Shown: piece after piece, positions 28,352 to 41,582 of the stretch
Position numbering within the stretch: the stretch's first letter is position 1
Layout of the letters: each line of letters begins with the position of its first letter
Source: Leucoraja erinacea
Taxonomy: Eukaryota
Length of the DNA: 64,000 nucleotides
NCBI RefSeq assembly: GCF_028641065.1
Contig: NC_073388.1
Coordinates: 25,110,001 to 25,174,000, forward strand
Reading direction: 5' to 3'
Notes under the pieces: model-generated
What the model saw: the letters and a program-made list of their open reading frames with translations, nothing else
Told to the model about the DNA's origin: nothing
Databases searched by the model: none
Program-made: the position numbers and the translations under genes

Positions 28352-28659
28352 TGGCGGCACAGTGGCGTAGCAGTCGAGCTACTGCCTTACAACGCTAGAG
28401 ACCCCGATTCGATCTAACGACGGGTGCTTGTTTGTACGGAGTTTGTACGTTCTCACCGTGACCTGCGTGGGTTTTCTCGGAGATCTTCAGTTTCCACCCA
28501 CACTCCAAAGGAGTACAGGTTTGTACGTTAAGTGTCTTGGAACAAAATGTAAAATTGTCCACAGTGTGTGTAGAGTAGTGTTAATGTGTGGGTATCGCTG
28601 GTCGGCGCGGACTATGTGGGCCGAAGGGCCTGTTTCCGCGCTGTATCTCTAAACTAAAC
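28352..28659 (+). mobile_element. tRNA-derived HE1/V-SINE-type SINE, near full length
   Basis: tRNA-like head (ggcggcacagtggcgtag...gattcgatc), central gtacggagtttgtacgttctc...gtgggtttt domain, and CR1-like tail gggccgaagggcctgtttccgcgctgtatctctaaactaaac. Confidence 0.85.
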
Positions 28660-29442
28660 ACATTCAGAGATTTCCGTTTAAAATCGCCATTAACTTTTGG
28701 AAACTCCTGGGTTAGGTTTCTCATTCAAAATGTAGGAGCATTCAGGATGGAATGGCGACTTTGTCCAATTGATCAGAGCACTCAAAAGTCCAGTGCAAAC
28801 AGCAGATGGAGTACCACTTCCCATCTTCCCAATCAGAAATGAAGACGTTTTTATATATTAAAATGGATTAGTGATGTGAAGGTTTTGCTAAACCAAAAGA
28901 CTGCCATTATCTTCTTGAATGAGACAGCAAGCTGTCGCAGATGAGTGGGTTATGCCTCCTCTCATTGTTATGATTATTTCTACCCACTGTGCCTGAAATA
29001 CTTGTGGCAGAGTTGGTGCATCTCACAGTCCCTCATTAGATTGAACCCCAAGAAATGTTAAAGGAGAAACATATCATTCTCAGCCCTGGGGGTGGGGCTA
29101 AGAAGAAGCCTAGATGTGCCTTTTTACATTGTGATCCTGGACTTGCCTGCAGTAAAATAGATTATTTGAACTTCCACCTCCCCCCACCTCTTGCTTTAAA
29201 CAGCAAATAGGCCTCTAATGCCCTCATTAATTGCATTTAACAGCTCTGCCCTAAAGCTTGGTGTTTTGTCACAGATGGTGCTTACATTTTCCTCTTCACA
29301 TTTTCTTTATCACCCCCTCTTCTGAAAGTCTTTCTCTTCTTACTGGGCTCCTGTTTATTCAACTGTGTTAAATTTCACACTGAAACCCCGGGGATGCCAG
29401 TACACAACAGGAATTATTCATGATCTCCTTTCTCAAAGAAGT

Positions 29443-29449
29443 TATAAAA
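29443..29449 (+). promoter_or_regulatory. RIPPLY1: Candidate TATA box of RIPPLY1 (TATAAAA)
   Basis: Consensus TATAAAA 130 nt upstream of the predicted ATG. Confidence 0.45.
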
Positions 29450-29572
29450 TTCCAGTTCTGCAGCACAAAGATTTGCCAGCAGAGAGAAAGGGTTCAGAGA
29501 GACTTGCCGTAAGCTTCCTCTTGTTGAAAAGTTGGGAATTTGTTTGGATGTGGGCAAGATCTGCTCACAGTT

Positions 29573-29670
29573 ATGGAAGTGGCTTTGTGGTCTGATCAAA
29601 ACATCTTCTACAGTCCAACGCAGGATCTCAAATTCACTCAAAATCGACCGATTTGTGAAATCCAAGCCAG
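29573..29670 (+). CDS. RIPPLY1: RIPPLY1 exon 1 (MEVALWSDQNIFYSPTQDLKFTQNRPICEIQA)
   Basis: ATG in gttATGg context and open frame to ccag|GTAAAT. The phase-2 end matches the WRPW exon. The peptide itself is not recognisable, so the call rests on splice logic. Confidence 0.7.
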
Positions 29671-30863
29671 GTAAATTGCAATTATGCTATCTAGAGAGGA
29701 AGGTCTTTGAGAGAAATGTTGGAATCACAATTCATATGCATTTCCTAATTCTCATTAAATATCAGATGTAAACGGAGCTCAATTGTAAGCTAGTGATCAG
29801 AAAATGTATCTAATTGATTACAGCTAATTATTTTACTTTGTGGGTTAGAACGGTTAAAAAAAAGGCATCCTCTTTAGATTTGTTACGTTTTAACAAATCT
29901 AAAGAGGATTAGTCCTTTTATTTCTTCAACCAATGCAAATCATATTTTTCAGTCAAGAGTATTTAATTGTCACATGCACTAGAAAGTGAACATTTAAATT
30001 CTTACTTGCTGCAGCTTGACAAGCACATTAATGTGCTTTCAAATATATATATATTTTTAAAGTCATTGCTAAGGGAATGATTCAAAGTTTTAGTTGCAGT
30101 CTAATATATTTTTCCAACTGAATATGTAAGCCTAGCCAACAATTGGTAGCAGACTAATTGGACCATGATGCGAATCATTACTGTGCCTGAATCTGTCTGT
30201 AACTGACTAGAAATAATAAAATAAAGTAGAATAAGCTCCTCCTATCTCATCTGCTACAGTTAATTTAAATATAAATATAACTCTAATATTATAAAAAACA
30301 AAATCTGACTGAAGCTGGAAATTTGAAATAGAAATAGAACGTTTTGGAAATACCCACTAGATCTACAGCATCTCTGATGAGTGAAACAAGAGTATTTATG
30401 CTTACAATATTCTGTTGTGCTGCAGCAAGCAAGAATTTCATTGTCCTATCTGGGACACATGACAATAAACTCTCTTGACTTGACTTGAGAGTTAAGGTTA
30501 CATTTCAGTTTAACCTTTCATTGGAAATGAGCATTCAGATTACTGAGTTGGCATTTGTTTTGTCCTGTGTTTGTTGGAATATGAAACGGTAAAACTGATG
30601 GTATTTGAACAAAACCTTTTTTAAATTCAAATATTCCTCGGTTCAGTGCTTGTGAGAACGTGGCTGTTCCCATGCTGTGCCTTTGAGTCTTTGGGGCATG
30701 CCCATCAAAACATAGAACATTTCTGTGACTTTCTGTGCTATGAAGGCGAGATTTCCTCACTCTGCTGCTTTGATCCTCCGACAGTAGAGACAGCGAGATA
30801 AACCATCTGTTTTTACTCTTCCATTTGCTTTTAATGCCATTCCTTCCTTTAACTTTCCTTCAG

Positions 30864-30936
30864 TTATTCACCTCCCTGGAGACCCTGGATAATGACATCC
30901 AGAGACCTGGAGAGGCAGTGGTGCAGACAAAATTCA
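30864..30936 (+). CDS. RIPPLY1: RIPPLY1 exon 2 with WRPW Groucho/TLE-binding motif (YSPPWRPWIMTSRDLERQWCRQNS)
   Basis: Polypyrimidine tract plus cAG acceptor, GTAAGT donor, WRPW at 30877-30888. Confidence 0.92.
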
Positions 30937-30984
30937 GTAAGTGATTATTTACCCCATGGCAGGCCCGTACGAAGCTTTTCAGAA

Positions 30985-30987
<3 letters not shown>

Positions 30988-31021
<34 letters not shown>
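30988..31021. repeat. G34 homopolymer (C26 at 2971-2996 and C24 at 4279-4302 also present)
   Basis: Read directly from the sequence. Confidence 0.9.
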
Positions 31022-31022
<1 letters not shown>

Positions 31023-31409
31023 GGCATGACAGGATTACAAAAGCTCTGGGTTTTAGATCCTCTCTGGTGCATTCTGAGCCTTATTTTGAAGCATTTTTGC
31101 ACCAGATTTATGACCAATATTTCAGAAATAATTTTGGTTGAGTCAAGAATAATGAGTGGGTGGAATGGGATGATTAGGGTCATTGTTGTATCATATGTCT
31201 ATTGAAGCTGTGTGTGTGTGCATGTGAAACGTATGTGCAATTGGAATCTAAAATTCACTGCCTGCAGGTTCCATAGTAGCATTCACAAGGAGAAATAGTC
31301 TATGGGTGGAAGTTGTTCTGGTTGTGCTGTAACCATTTTATAATTCTAGTATTCATACACTATAACTTAAGAACTGGAGAAACTACAAAAAAGCTGGAGA
31401 AACACATCT

Positions 31410-32060
31410 TTTCCAGACAGGAGTGATGATTGTAATTTTTTATTGTTGGCTCCTGGCAGATATAGAAGTTATAATTGTGCAGCAGGAACAGGAGTTGTAA
31501 CTGTGCAGAAAGATATACGCAAAAAGCTGGAGTAACTCGGCAGATCCAGTAGCATCTCTGGAGAAAAGGAATAGGTGATGTTTCAGGTTGAGACCCAATG
31601 CAGGGAAGATGGAAGTTGGGACTCTTCAGAAAGGTCCTAGCAAGTTAGAAGTTGTAACTGTGCAGGAAGGTCCTGGCAGCAGTGGGAATTGTGTCTCAAC
31701 AATCAGATACTGACAAGGGTGACAAAGCCAACTCAACAAACAGGTGTTGTGTAGGAAGAAACTGCAGATGCTGGTTTATAGTAAAGATAGACCCAAAATG
31801 CTGGGTTCTGTCAGGAGTAGGAATTGTAACTCAACACGTGTGTCCCAGCAAGAGTGGTGATTCTAACTCTACAGATTGATCTTGCCAAGAGTGGGAATTG
31901 TAATATCAGAGATGGGCTCTGAAATGTGTGGCAATCAGTAAATCTGCAGCAGTCCTGTTAGAAATGGGAATAGGATAGATAGTTGTGGTATTAGTAATTC
32001 CACAGTCCTGGAAAAAAAGTGGTAATTGCAGCTCTACAAATTGATCCTGGCAGAAGAACT
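31410..32060 (+). repeat. Degenerate ~36-nt tandem repeat in RIPPLY1 intron 2
   Basis: Recurring unit resembling tcctggcag-agtgggaattgtaact-(c/g)tacag, interrupted by Penelope-like arms. Confidence 0.55.
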
Positions 32061-33959
32061 GTTTCTAAAGGCAGAGTTGCAGCTGAACTGTTGGCACTTG
32101 CCTCCTTCCCATTAGTGTCAAGAAGTTTGTGGCTTGTGCTCGAAACAGGGTTTCCAATTTGCTGGCCAAGGTCCGCTGGTGACTTTCCACATGGAGTCCA
32201 GCATCAGAGCATGTACTTGCTGTAACTCCCCAGCAGTTGCCCCGAGAAATCTGTCCATGAATACCTACTGAATCAATTCCCTTTAATGGAGAGGAAATGC
32301 AGCAAGTGAGGAAGATAACTTGTCTTTTTAGACAGAAATAGTTTTTTTTTAATTTTAGTTTTAACAATACTTTCATTTTTAAATTGTTCCTCTGATTTTT
32401 AATGTCTTTTGAATGTTTTTAATCTTTCAAAGTCTTCAGCTGCCATGACTGCTGACAAAGTCTGAGCGTGTGGTATGGCAGGCTGTGAACTGCACCTCAT
32501 ATCTGGCAGGCACTAGTGCCAGAGTGAATTTCACATGTTTTGTGGAGTTATAATATGTTTGTGCTTTATTTTCAAAAACTTCAGCTCTGCATCGACTCAT
32601 GCTTACCCAAGTTTCTAGTCATTGGTCCTTCCATCATCCCATGTGTAACTCACCTGTACCTGAACATTAGCTGTGTGTGACACTCCCAGGGGACTAAGTT
32701 AGGGTGTTTCATGCTATTCCTCTTATTGTTGTGGGTACAGTTTAAAACAAAAATAATTTTGATTACAAATTGTGAGCAGTTATTTGCACAACTCTAACCA
32801 CTCAGCATTTTAGCACAATGTAATGAATGTAATGTAATGTTGTACATACACTTCTGAACTTTGGGAAGTAGGAAGTTGCTTTTGTCAACCATTATGCATT
32901 GTTGATTTGGGACAAGGATGAATAAATTGGCTCAAGGCAATATGTATCATACATTAGAAATATAGTTTTAGCACTATTTAATCATTCTTTGGTTATGTAG
33001 TTTGCTGAGAATTGAGTAACTCTCCAAGAAGATGGTGGCATATACAATAGGTTGTAGATGGTGGACACCGGTCCAAACTGCTTTGTAGTGAAAATCCTCA
33101 CATTTTGTACCCTTGCTTTCACCAGACTAGACTGAGTTATCATTGCCTTCCAGTGTGTATCAGAGACTCTCTGCTCCAGGATCATCACCTTTCACCCGAT
33201 TCCTAAGTTCAGTTAGGGGTACTTGAACAAGTGCAGAGTATTCTCACAATGGCAGCAATGTAGCCATCTAAGTAAATGTGGAGGCCACCAGATTCTTGCC
33301 GTGACTGCTCTAAAGCATATTGCTAAAATGGCCTTTCTCTTTCCGGTAGCTTGCTGCAGCAGAAAAACTTGGCCTTCATGATGACGTGGTCTCCTCCCAG
33401 CAGAGGATGAGTTGAAGGTGGAAGGTCTGTCTGGCCATGCTGTGAATGAGTGATTAAATGCCCATTAATATCTGTGATTTGTCAGAATTAGTCTGTGCCA
33501 GTCTGATGCAACACCTAGAGAACACCTGGGCTTGAGCTAATAAGTGCCACACAATAGAGAGACAACAACAAAAACGCCCTGACCATCTCCAATTAACATT
33601 TATCACTTGATCATAGTTAAATCCCTTTACATCCCAGAGGTCCTGTGGAACCAAACACCGGATCATTGCAATACTAGATTGCTTGCAATACTCGCTGCAA
33701 TAAGTGACGTTTCAGGTTGGGAAGAATTCCGATCAGAAATGTTCTCCAGAGATGCTGCTCAACGCCTGAGTTACTCCAGCATTTTGTGTCTTTCTTTGGT
33801 AATTCGGCATCAGCAGATCCTTGCTGTTATATCTTACTGATCAGTCGGCTACAATTGTTGAATGCAAGACAGCCAAATCATAATTTCAAACCAGATTTAG
33901 ATATTTAACAAGAACGAAAACATAAAATCCTTAGTTGATCATCTGTTTCCACAACGTCC

Positions 33960-34963
33960 AATAGACAATAGACAATAGGTGCAGGAGTAGGCCATTCGGC
34001 CCTTCGAGCCATTCAATGTGATCATGGCTGAACATCCCCAATCAGTACCCCGTTCCTGCCTTCTCCCCATATCCCCTGACTCCGCTATCTTTAAGAGCCC
34101 TATCTAGCTCTCTTGAAAGTATCCAGAGAACTGGCCTCCACCGCCCTCTGAGCCAGAGAATTCCACATTCTCCCAATCTGTGAAAAAAAGTGTTTCCTCG
34201 TCTCTGTTCTAAATGGCTTATTCCTTATTATTAAACTGTGGCCCCTGGTTCTGGACTCCCCCAACATCGGGAACATGTTTCCTGCCTCTAGCGTGTCCAA
34301 ACCCTAAACAATCTTATATGTTTCAATGAGATACCCTCTCATCCTTCTAAACTCCAGAGTGTACAAGCCCAGCTGCTCCAATCTCTCAGCATATGACAGT
34401 CCCGCCATCCCGGGAATTAACCTTGTAAACCTATGTTGCACTCCCTCAATAGCAAGAATGTTCTTCCTCAAATTAGGGGTCCAAAACTGCACACAATACT
34501 CCAGGTGTGGGGTCACTAGGGCCCTGTAGAACTGCAGAAGGACCTCTTTACTCGACCTCTCTTGTTATAAAGGCCAACATGTCATTTGCTTTCTTCACTG
34601 CCTGCTGTACCTGCATACTTACTTTCATAGACTGATGAACAAAGACCCCCAGATCCAGTTGTACTTCCCCTTTTCCCAACTTGACGCCATTTAGGTAGTA
34701 ATCTGCCTTCCTGTTTTTGATACCAAAGTGGATAACCTCACATTTATCCACATTAAACTTCATCTGCCATGCATCTGCCCACTCCCCCAACCTGTCCAAG
34801 TCACCCTGCATTCTCATAGTATCCTCCTCACAGTTCACACTGCCACCCAGCTTTGTGTCATCTGCTAATTTGCTAATGTTACTTTGAATCCCTCATCCAA
34901 ATCCTTCATGTATATTGTAAACAGCTGCGGTCCCAGCACCGAGCCTTGCAGTACCCCACTAGA
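33960..34963 (-). mobile_element. CR1-type LINE 3' ~1 kb fragment in RIPPLY1 intron 2
   Basis: WQMKFNVDKCEVIHFG, PHLEYCVQFW and RTRGHSL; (CTATTGT)n tail. Confidence 0.92.
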
Positions 34964-35714
34964 CACTTGTTTTTTTCCCAGGGCCTGGCCTTCTTCTGTT
35001 CTGACACAATGTGGTGGAATAGATTACTGGCAAAGGTGGAGGCAAGAACCAGAAAATCTCTGGCCTCACAATACACTGATTTGGAAGGGCTACAGGTTGG
35101 GCAAGTTGGCTGATAGACAGCAGCAAGATGGGAAAAAAAATCAATGACCTTGCTCCAAATGCTCCCTGTGACTAAATGGGTTGTCTCCAGATGCCGCGGT
35201 TTCCTACCACATCCCAAAGATATATTGTTTGAAAGGTCAATTTTTCACTATAAATTGTCCTGAATGTGTAGGTGAGTGTTAGAATCTGGGAGAATTGAAG
35301 AGTATATGGTGAGAGTAAAAATTGGGATTCATGTAGGTTCATGTAAAATATGTAGTTAATTGTTGATATAGACTTGATGGGCCAATGGGCCTGTTTCTGT
35401 GTTGTATCGCTCTGTAGCTTGACTTCTGTTTCTTGCTGCACCATTAACCAAGACATAGGTCATCACATAATGCATTTTGATTGTATCTACAAATGTTGAA
35501 ATGAAATTGGAAATCACTTCCTTGCTAGAAAGATTGGAAGAGGCTCTATGAAAACACACTTACATTTGGTGCTGGGCTCTCATATGTTCCATAGCCATTT
35601 GTAGAGACTTTTAGGCAGGTTTGCCAAGTCACAAGACATTTCACTGTGTAAACCCATCTGTAGTTTACTGCATTGAAATCCATATGTTAGTCCATACGAT
35701 TTGATAAAGCAAAG

Positions 35715-36522
35715 ATGAGTCAGCCTACAGGGAAGAGGTCCAGCACCTGACAACCTGGTGTGCCAACAATAACCTCGTCCTCAACTCTAAGAAGACAAAG
35801 GAAATTATTGTTGACTTCAGGAAGAACAGAGGGGGCAAACATATACCCATCCATATAAATGGGACTGAGGTGGAGCGCGTCTCCAACTACAAATTCCTCG
35901 GGGTACACATCTCGGAGGATCTGTCCTGGTCCCTCAATACCTCCAAACTGATCAAAAAGGCGCAGCAGCGCCTTTATTTCCTGAGGAGGCTCAAGAAAGC
36001 TCACCTGTCCCCCCAGATCCTGACCAACTTTTACCGCTGTACCATCGAAAGCATCCTGACCACCTGCTTCACCGTATGGTACAGCAGTTGCACCATAGCT
36101 GACAGGAAGGCACTACAACGGGTGGTGAAAACCGCTCAGTACATCATCGGTGCCCCGCTCCCTGCCATGGATGCCCTCCACCGAAAAACGGTGTCTGAGA
36201 CGGGCCGGGAAGATCATCAAGGACCCCTCCCACGCTAACCATGGACTGTTTGCCCTCCTCCCATCAGGGAGGCGGTACAGGAGCCTCAGGTCTCGTACTA
36301 GTAGGATGAGGAACAGCTTCTACAACAACACTATCACATTGCTGAACTCGGAGTCCCGCCGATAGATTTCTCCAGTCTCTCCGTCCACATTGTTTGCTTC
36401 TTCTGTATTTTTATTTCTATATTGCACTATTACTACGAACAGACGCTAAACTGCATTTCGTTGTAGCCATACTTGTATCTGTGCAATGACAATAAAGTTG
36501 AATTGAATTGAATTGAATTGAA
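35715..36522 (+). mobile_element. Rex1/Babar-type LINE 3' fragment (relatively young)
   Basis: YKFLGVHISEDLSW, KKAQQRLYFLRRL and LPSGRRYRSL; ends in caataaag(ttgaa)n. Confidence 0.9.
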
Positions 36523-37798
36523 TAGACAATTGTGAAAGGGTGACTAAATCTTGGTTGTAGATATTTGTTCTGCTGCCCTCTAAAAAGGCTGATATCAGAA
36601 GAAATAGAGGCAATTTAGTAATGCCAGTCGTACGAATATGATAATTAGTGCTTATCTGTTGTTCTACTTCATATTATCTTCATATATTCTTGTAACATAT
36701 ATACTGCACTGACCAGGAAAACAAATACACTGGTACTCTGATTCCTGTTTTTTTCACTGATATTCATTTAAAATATGAATTGTATCGAAACATTTATTTT
36801 TAGTGGCCATGTTTATTCCATCAGTCCTGTTCATTGATGAGCTGTTTTAAATTATGTCTTCTGGAGACAATAATGTGCTGGGATTAACACTGGAAAACAG
36901 ATGGCTAAAGGGCTACAATGCCAGACGCAGAGCACACACACCAAACTCCAGCCAGGTTTCTGATGAGTGTGGAATCTCTCCAGTTGTGTCTAATGTGGCA
37001 ACTTCACTTAACTCTCAAGCTTGCAGGAGGATGATACTCTTGCATCGTTCTCCCGTATCTGCCCCCAAACCGTGCAGCAAACCTCCGTGTACACAGACAC
37101 CGCAAACTCTATCCTATCTGTTTGATTCTTAGTTTAGGGCATATATGCAGTGTACACATATTTAAAGCACTAAGTTAAATGCAATGTCCGAACACTGTGA
37201 CTGTTTTTCCTGTGACTACTGTTTGTCACATCATTCTTGATTATAATATAGATAAAGCAGAACCATGCCTTACTGGATCACTGAGAATGGATTGTCGCTG
37301 GAAGCCTTTGCCATTATATATTTATGTTAACACACAAAGAGGTAATTGTTTTTTAGTTTACGCCCTAGTCTTAGGAACACTGTTCTCGCCTTTCTTTTGC
37401 TCTTATGAATGTATTTTGAAAACTTTAAGGAGCCCCTTTCCTTCTGTGCTGTTATTAAAATAAGTAGTTGATGTAATTAGGATTAAAATGATATCTTCCC
37501 ACAGTGCAATTTCCCATAGATGAGTGTCAAGATATTAGGAGGTTCGATTGGATGGATAGAGAGAAACTAGCTTTGTTGATGGGAGAAACCTAAGAATTTG
37601 TGACATAAATTGAAGATCATAGTCAGGATGTTCATAAATTAAGATAGCAGATTGTTCTAAAAAAAGGATTGTACTTGCATGCAATCTTTCATTTCTTTAC
37701 CTTGTCCTCTAATGCCTCACACTTCATAAAATAAGTGTAGTGCTGTTATCGGAAACATAGCAGCCCATATGCACCTGGAATTTTTTTTACAGAAAACA

Positions 37799-37799
<1 letters not shown>

Positions 37800-37838
<39 letters not shown>

Positions 37839-37880
37839 CTGATATGTGTGGGTGTCTGTGTGTGCCCGTGTGTGTGTGTG
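37800..37880. repeat. (GT)n microsatellite
   Basis: Perfect TG run at 37800-37835, then degenerate. Confidence 0.95.
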
Positions 37881-38419
37881 CAAACAGTAAGATTTCCGGT
37901 AAATATAAAACATTTTATATATTTTATTTAATTTAGCTCTTGACCAGTTTACCAGTTTAGTGAATAAGTAAAGTTTTAAGAAGCTTCAAAAGGAAAACAA
38001 GATAGATTGAAAGACAGAGTGGTTCCGAGTGGTAATCGAAGGCTGAACACGGAGAATACCTGACAGGCCAAAAGAAATGGAGCACTTTGTGAAAGTTTTG
38101 TAACTAGAATGGGCCATAGAGAAAGGGAGAGTAGAATTTGAAAACAAGAAAACAAACTCAGGCATAATGTTACTATTTTGGTCAAGATCTTAATTCTTAA
38201 TATAGTGGGGTCACTTCATAAAATAACCCTTTGGGGAATTTTGCGATCTGAATGCTTTTAGTAAGAAAAATCACACAAAGTTACTACATGGTCTCTAAGA
38301 AGGAGTATTTATACTAATTAAAATAATTAATTACTATATATTAAAAATGAATATTTTACTTTAAGTGGCCCGCAACTCACCATCTTTTTCCACATTTCGC
38401 TATTGGCAAAAGAAAGGGT

Positions 38420-38845
38420 CGACTGGGCTTGCATTCTCTGGAATTTAGGATGAGAGGGAATCTTATAGAATAGAAACATAAAATCCTTAAAGGATTGGAC
38501 CGGCTTGATGCAGGAAAAATGTTCCCGATGTTGGGGAATCCAGAACCAGGGGTTACAGTTCAAGAATAAAGGGTAGGCCATTTAAAATTGAAATGAGGAA
38601 ACCCTCTTCACCCAGAGAGCCGTGAATCTGCGGTATTCTCTGCCACAGAAGGCAGTGGAGGCCAATTCACTAGATGTTTTCAAGAGAGAGTTAGATTTAG
38701 CTCAGGGCTAAAGGAATCAAGGGATATGGGGAAAAAGCAGGAACAGGGTACTGATTTTAGATGATCAGCCATGATTATATTGAATGGTGGTGCTGGCGTG
38801 AAGGGCTGAATGGCCTACTCCTGCACCTATTTTTCTATGTTTCTA
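38420..38845 (+). mobile_element. CR1-type LINE 3' fragment
   Basis: Same family as 5812-6222; ends ctcctgcacctatttttctatgtttcta. Confidence 0.88.
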
Positions 38846-39186
38846 TTACAACTATAACATTTTCAAAGTAAAAAGAGCTTTTTTTTCCATTTCACTCTCT
38901 GCAGATGCTGCTTTACTTGCTGAGTATTTTCAGTATTTTCTGTTTTTATTTACAGTATTTTGTTTGATAATGCCCATGTAGGCACTTCAATATTTTATAA
39001 TGTTAAATGGACTATTAAGATGATTGGATATCATTGATGTTGGGGTTAATCATTTACTTTGTTCACTTGCATATTTATTAACTTACCGTTTTACTTTTTT
39101 TCCATAATGCAATATGGTAGAATATTGAAAAGGTTTTTATTTTATATTGATTTTGGGATATTTCTGCATTATCTTTTTCTCAATAG

Positions 39187-39257
39187 TCTCACTGGGCACA
39201 AGCTAATGCTGGCCTTATAGGAGAGACCTTACATTCCTTATTTACTCATCCAGTCAG
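39187..39257 (+). CDS. RIPPLY1: RIPPLY1 exon 3 (SHWAQANAGLIGETLHSLFTHPVR)
   Basis: ttctcaatAG acceptor and GTAAGA donor; phase 0 to 2; Ripply FxHPVR motif. Confidence 0.92.
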
Positions 39258-40121
39258 GTAAGATCAATCTCAGTGTTTCAAGTTTAAGATCTGCCTTTCA
39301 TATTCTCTTGGAAGCAGCAATGATGCTGGTTATCTGGCATTTATGTCTGTCACCACTCTATATGTAATAACACAGCAGCATAATCCAGACAATAATCCCT
39401 TGTGATCTGAACTGCAGAGTGTGTTTGTTCCATTTGCTCCTGTTTTGTTTCTCCATTTAATTTCCAAAAGCCGTCAGAAACACTTGGTCAGAAATACACA
39501 CAAATGTTTAGGACATTTTCATATTACAGATACAGGAAATGGAAAATCCACCTGGATTGAATCAATATGTCTTTATAAAAAGGAAACTGTGTTTGGAAAA
39601 TCTATGTTTAGTTTTTCGAGGGCAGCACAATAGAACAGTTGGTAGAGCAGCTGACGCACGGCTACGATGATCCAGGTTTAATCTTCACCGGTGCTGTCTA
39701 TGTAGATGTTACATGTTTCCTCCACGTGCCAAAAATGTATGGCTTTGTTGGCTAATTGACCAATGTACAATTGCTCCTAGTAGGTGAGTGGTAGAATTCG
39801 GGGAGCCTTTATGTGAATGGAAGGAGAATAAAAAATAAGATTAGTGTAAATGGCATTGGTAGATACAATTACTACATTTAAAAGGCATTTGGATAGATTC
39901 ATATACATAAAAGGCATGTAAATATGTAGGTAAGGAAGACACCTTGGTCGGCATGGATGAGTTGGACAAAGGCTTGTTACCGTGCTGCTTAACTCCATGT
40001 TTCTATAAACATAATAAAAAGTTATTGTAAATAGTAGTTCTATGATTTCTGTTTTCTAATTTTTCAAATCAAAATGTTAAAATATATTGTTAACTGAATT
40101 AATTGCCTTGGCAATACCGTA

Positions 40122-40426
40122 TTTAGTTTAGTTTTGTTTAATTTAGAGATACAGCGTGGAAACAGACCCTTCGGACGACCGAGTCCGCACCGTCCAGTGA
40201 TCCCCGCACATTAACACTATCCTACACACTAGGGGCAATTTACACGTATACCAAGCCAATTAATATACAAATCTGTACGTCTTTGGAGTGTGGGAGGAAA
40301 CCAAACATCTCGGAGAAAGCCCACATGGTCACAGGGAGAACCATACAGAAAGCACCTGGTCGGGATCGAACCAGGGTCTCCGACGCTGAAAGCGCTATAA
40401 GGCAGCAGGTCTACTGCTGTGCCACC
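40122..40426 (-). mobile_element. HE1/V-SINE-type SINE
   Basis: Reverse complement of the 28352 family. Confidence 0.85.
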
Positions 40427-41582
40427 CAAATATGCCTGTGTGTTGTGACGTGTTATTTTAGGAATGAAATAAGGGACTTGCTTGCCTGTTTTGATGTGAT
40501 TGAAAGCATAATCTGTTCAAACATAAATGTCATTTTACAACATGTTTAGAAATATAGAAGAATGACTTTTAACCTATTTAAATATACAGTGCACTCCATA
40601 ATGTTTGGGACAAAGACCCATCATTTATTTATTTGACTCTGTACTCCACAATTTGAGATTTGTAATCGAAAAAAATCACATGTGGTTAAAGTGCAAACTG
40701 TCAGATTTTATTAAAGGGTTTTGATATACATTTTGGTATCACCATGTAGAAATTACAGCTGTGTTTATACATAGTACCCACATTTTAGGGCATAATAATG
40801 TTTGGGACACCTGGCTTCACAGGTGTTTCTAATTGTTCAGGTGTGTTTTTAATTGTGTCCTTCATGCAGGATGCAAGAGGACTCTCAGCATCTAGTCTTT
40901 CCATCAACTTTGGAAACTTTTATTGCTGTTTATCAACATGAGGACCAAAGTTGTGCCAATGAAAGTGAAAGAAGCCATTGTGAGACTGAGAAACAAGAAT
41001 AAAACTGTTGCAGATATTAGCCAAAACTTAGGCTTACCAAAATCAACTGTTTGGAACATCATTAAGAAGAAAGAGAGTACTGGTGAGCTTACTAATCGCA
41101 AAAGGACTGGCAGGCCAAGAACAACATCCACAGCTGATGATAGAAGAATTCTCTCTATAATAAAGAAAAATCCACAAACACCTGTCCGACAGATTGTCAA
41201 TGACCACTGTCCGCAGACGATTTCATGAACAGAAATAAGAGCAAAATATGGAGGAGAGAAGGAACTGCCCAAGATCCAAAGCATACCACCTCATCTGTGG
41301 GGGGTGTTATGGCCTGAGCATGTATGGCTGCTGAAGGTACTGGCTCACTTATCTTTATTAATGGTACAACTGCTGATGGTAGTAGAAGTGAATAGACACA
41401 TCCTATCTGCTCAAGTTCAAACAAATGCTTCAAAACTCATTGGCCGGCGGTTCATTCTACAGCAATACAATGATCCTACACATATTGCTAAAGCAACAAA
41501 GGAGTTTTTCAAAGCTAAACAATGATCAATTCTTGAGTGGCCATCAATCGCCTGATCTGAACCCAATTGAGCCTGCCTTTTA

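Noticed and set aside
28352-28425. tRNA gene
   Set aside because: It is the tRNA-derived head of a SINE; it has no complete cloverleaf and continues into the SINE body.
30860-31183. Poly-Pro / poly-Gly ORFs
   Set aside because: Translations of the intronic G homopolymer.
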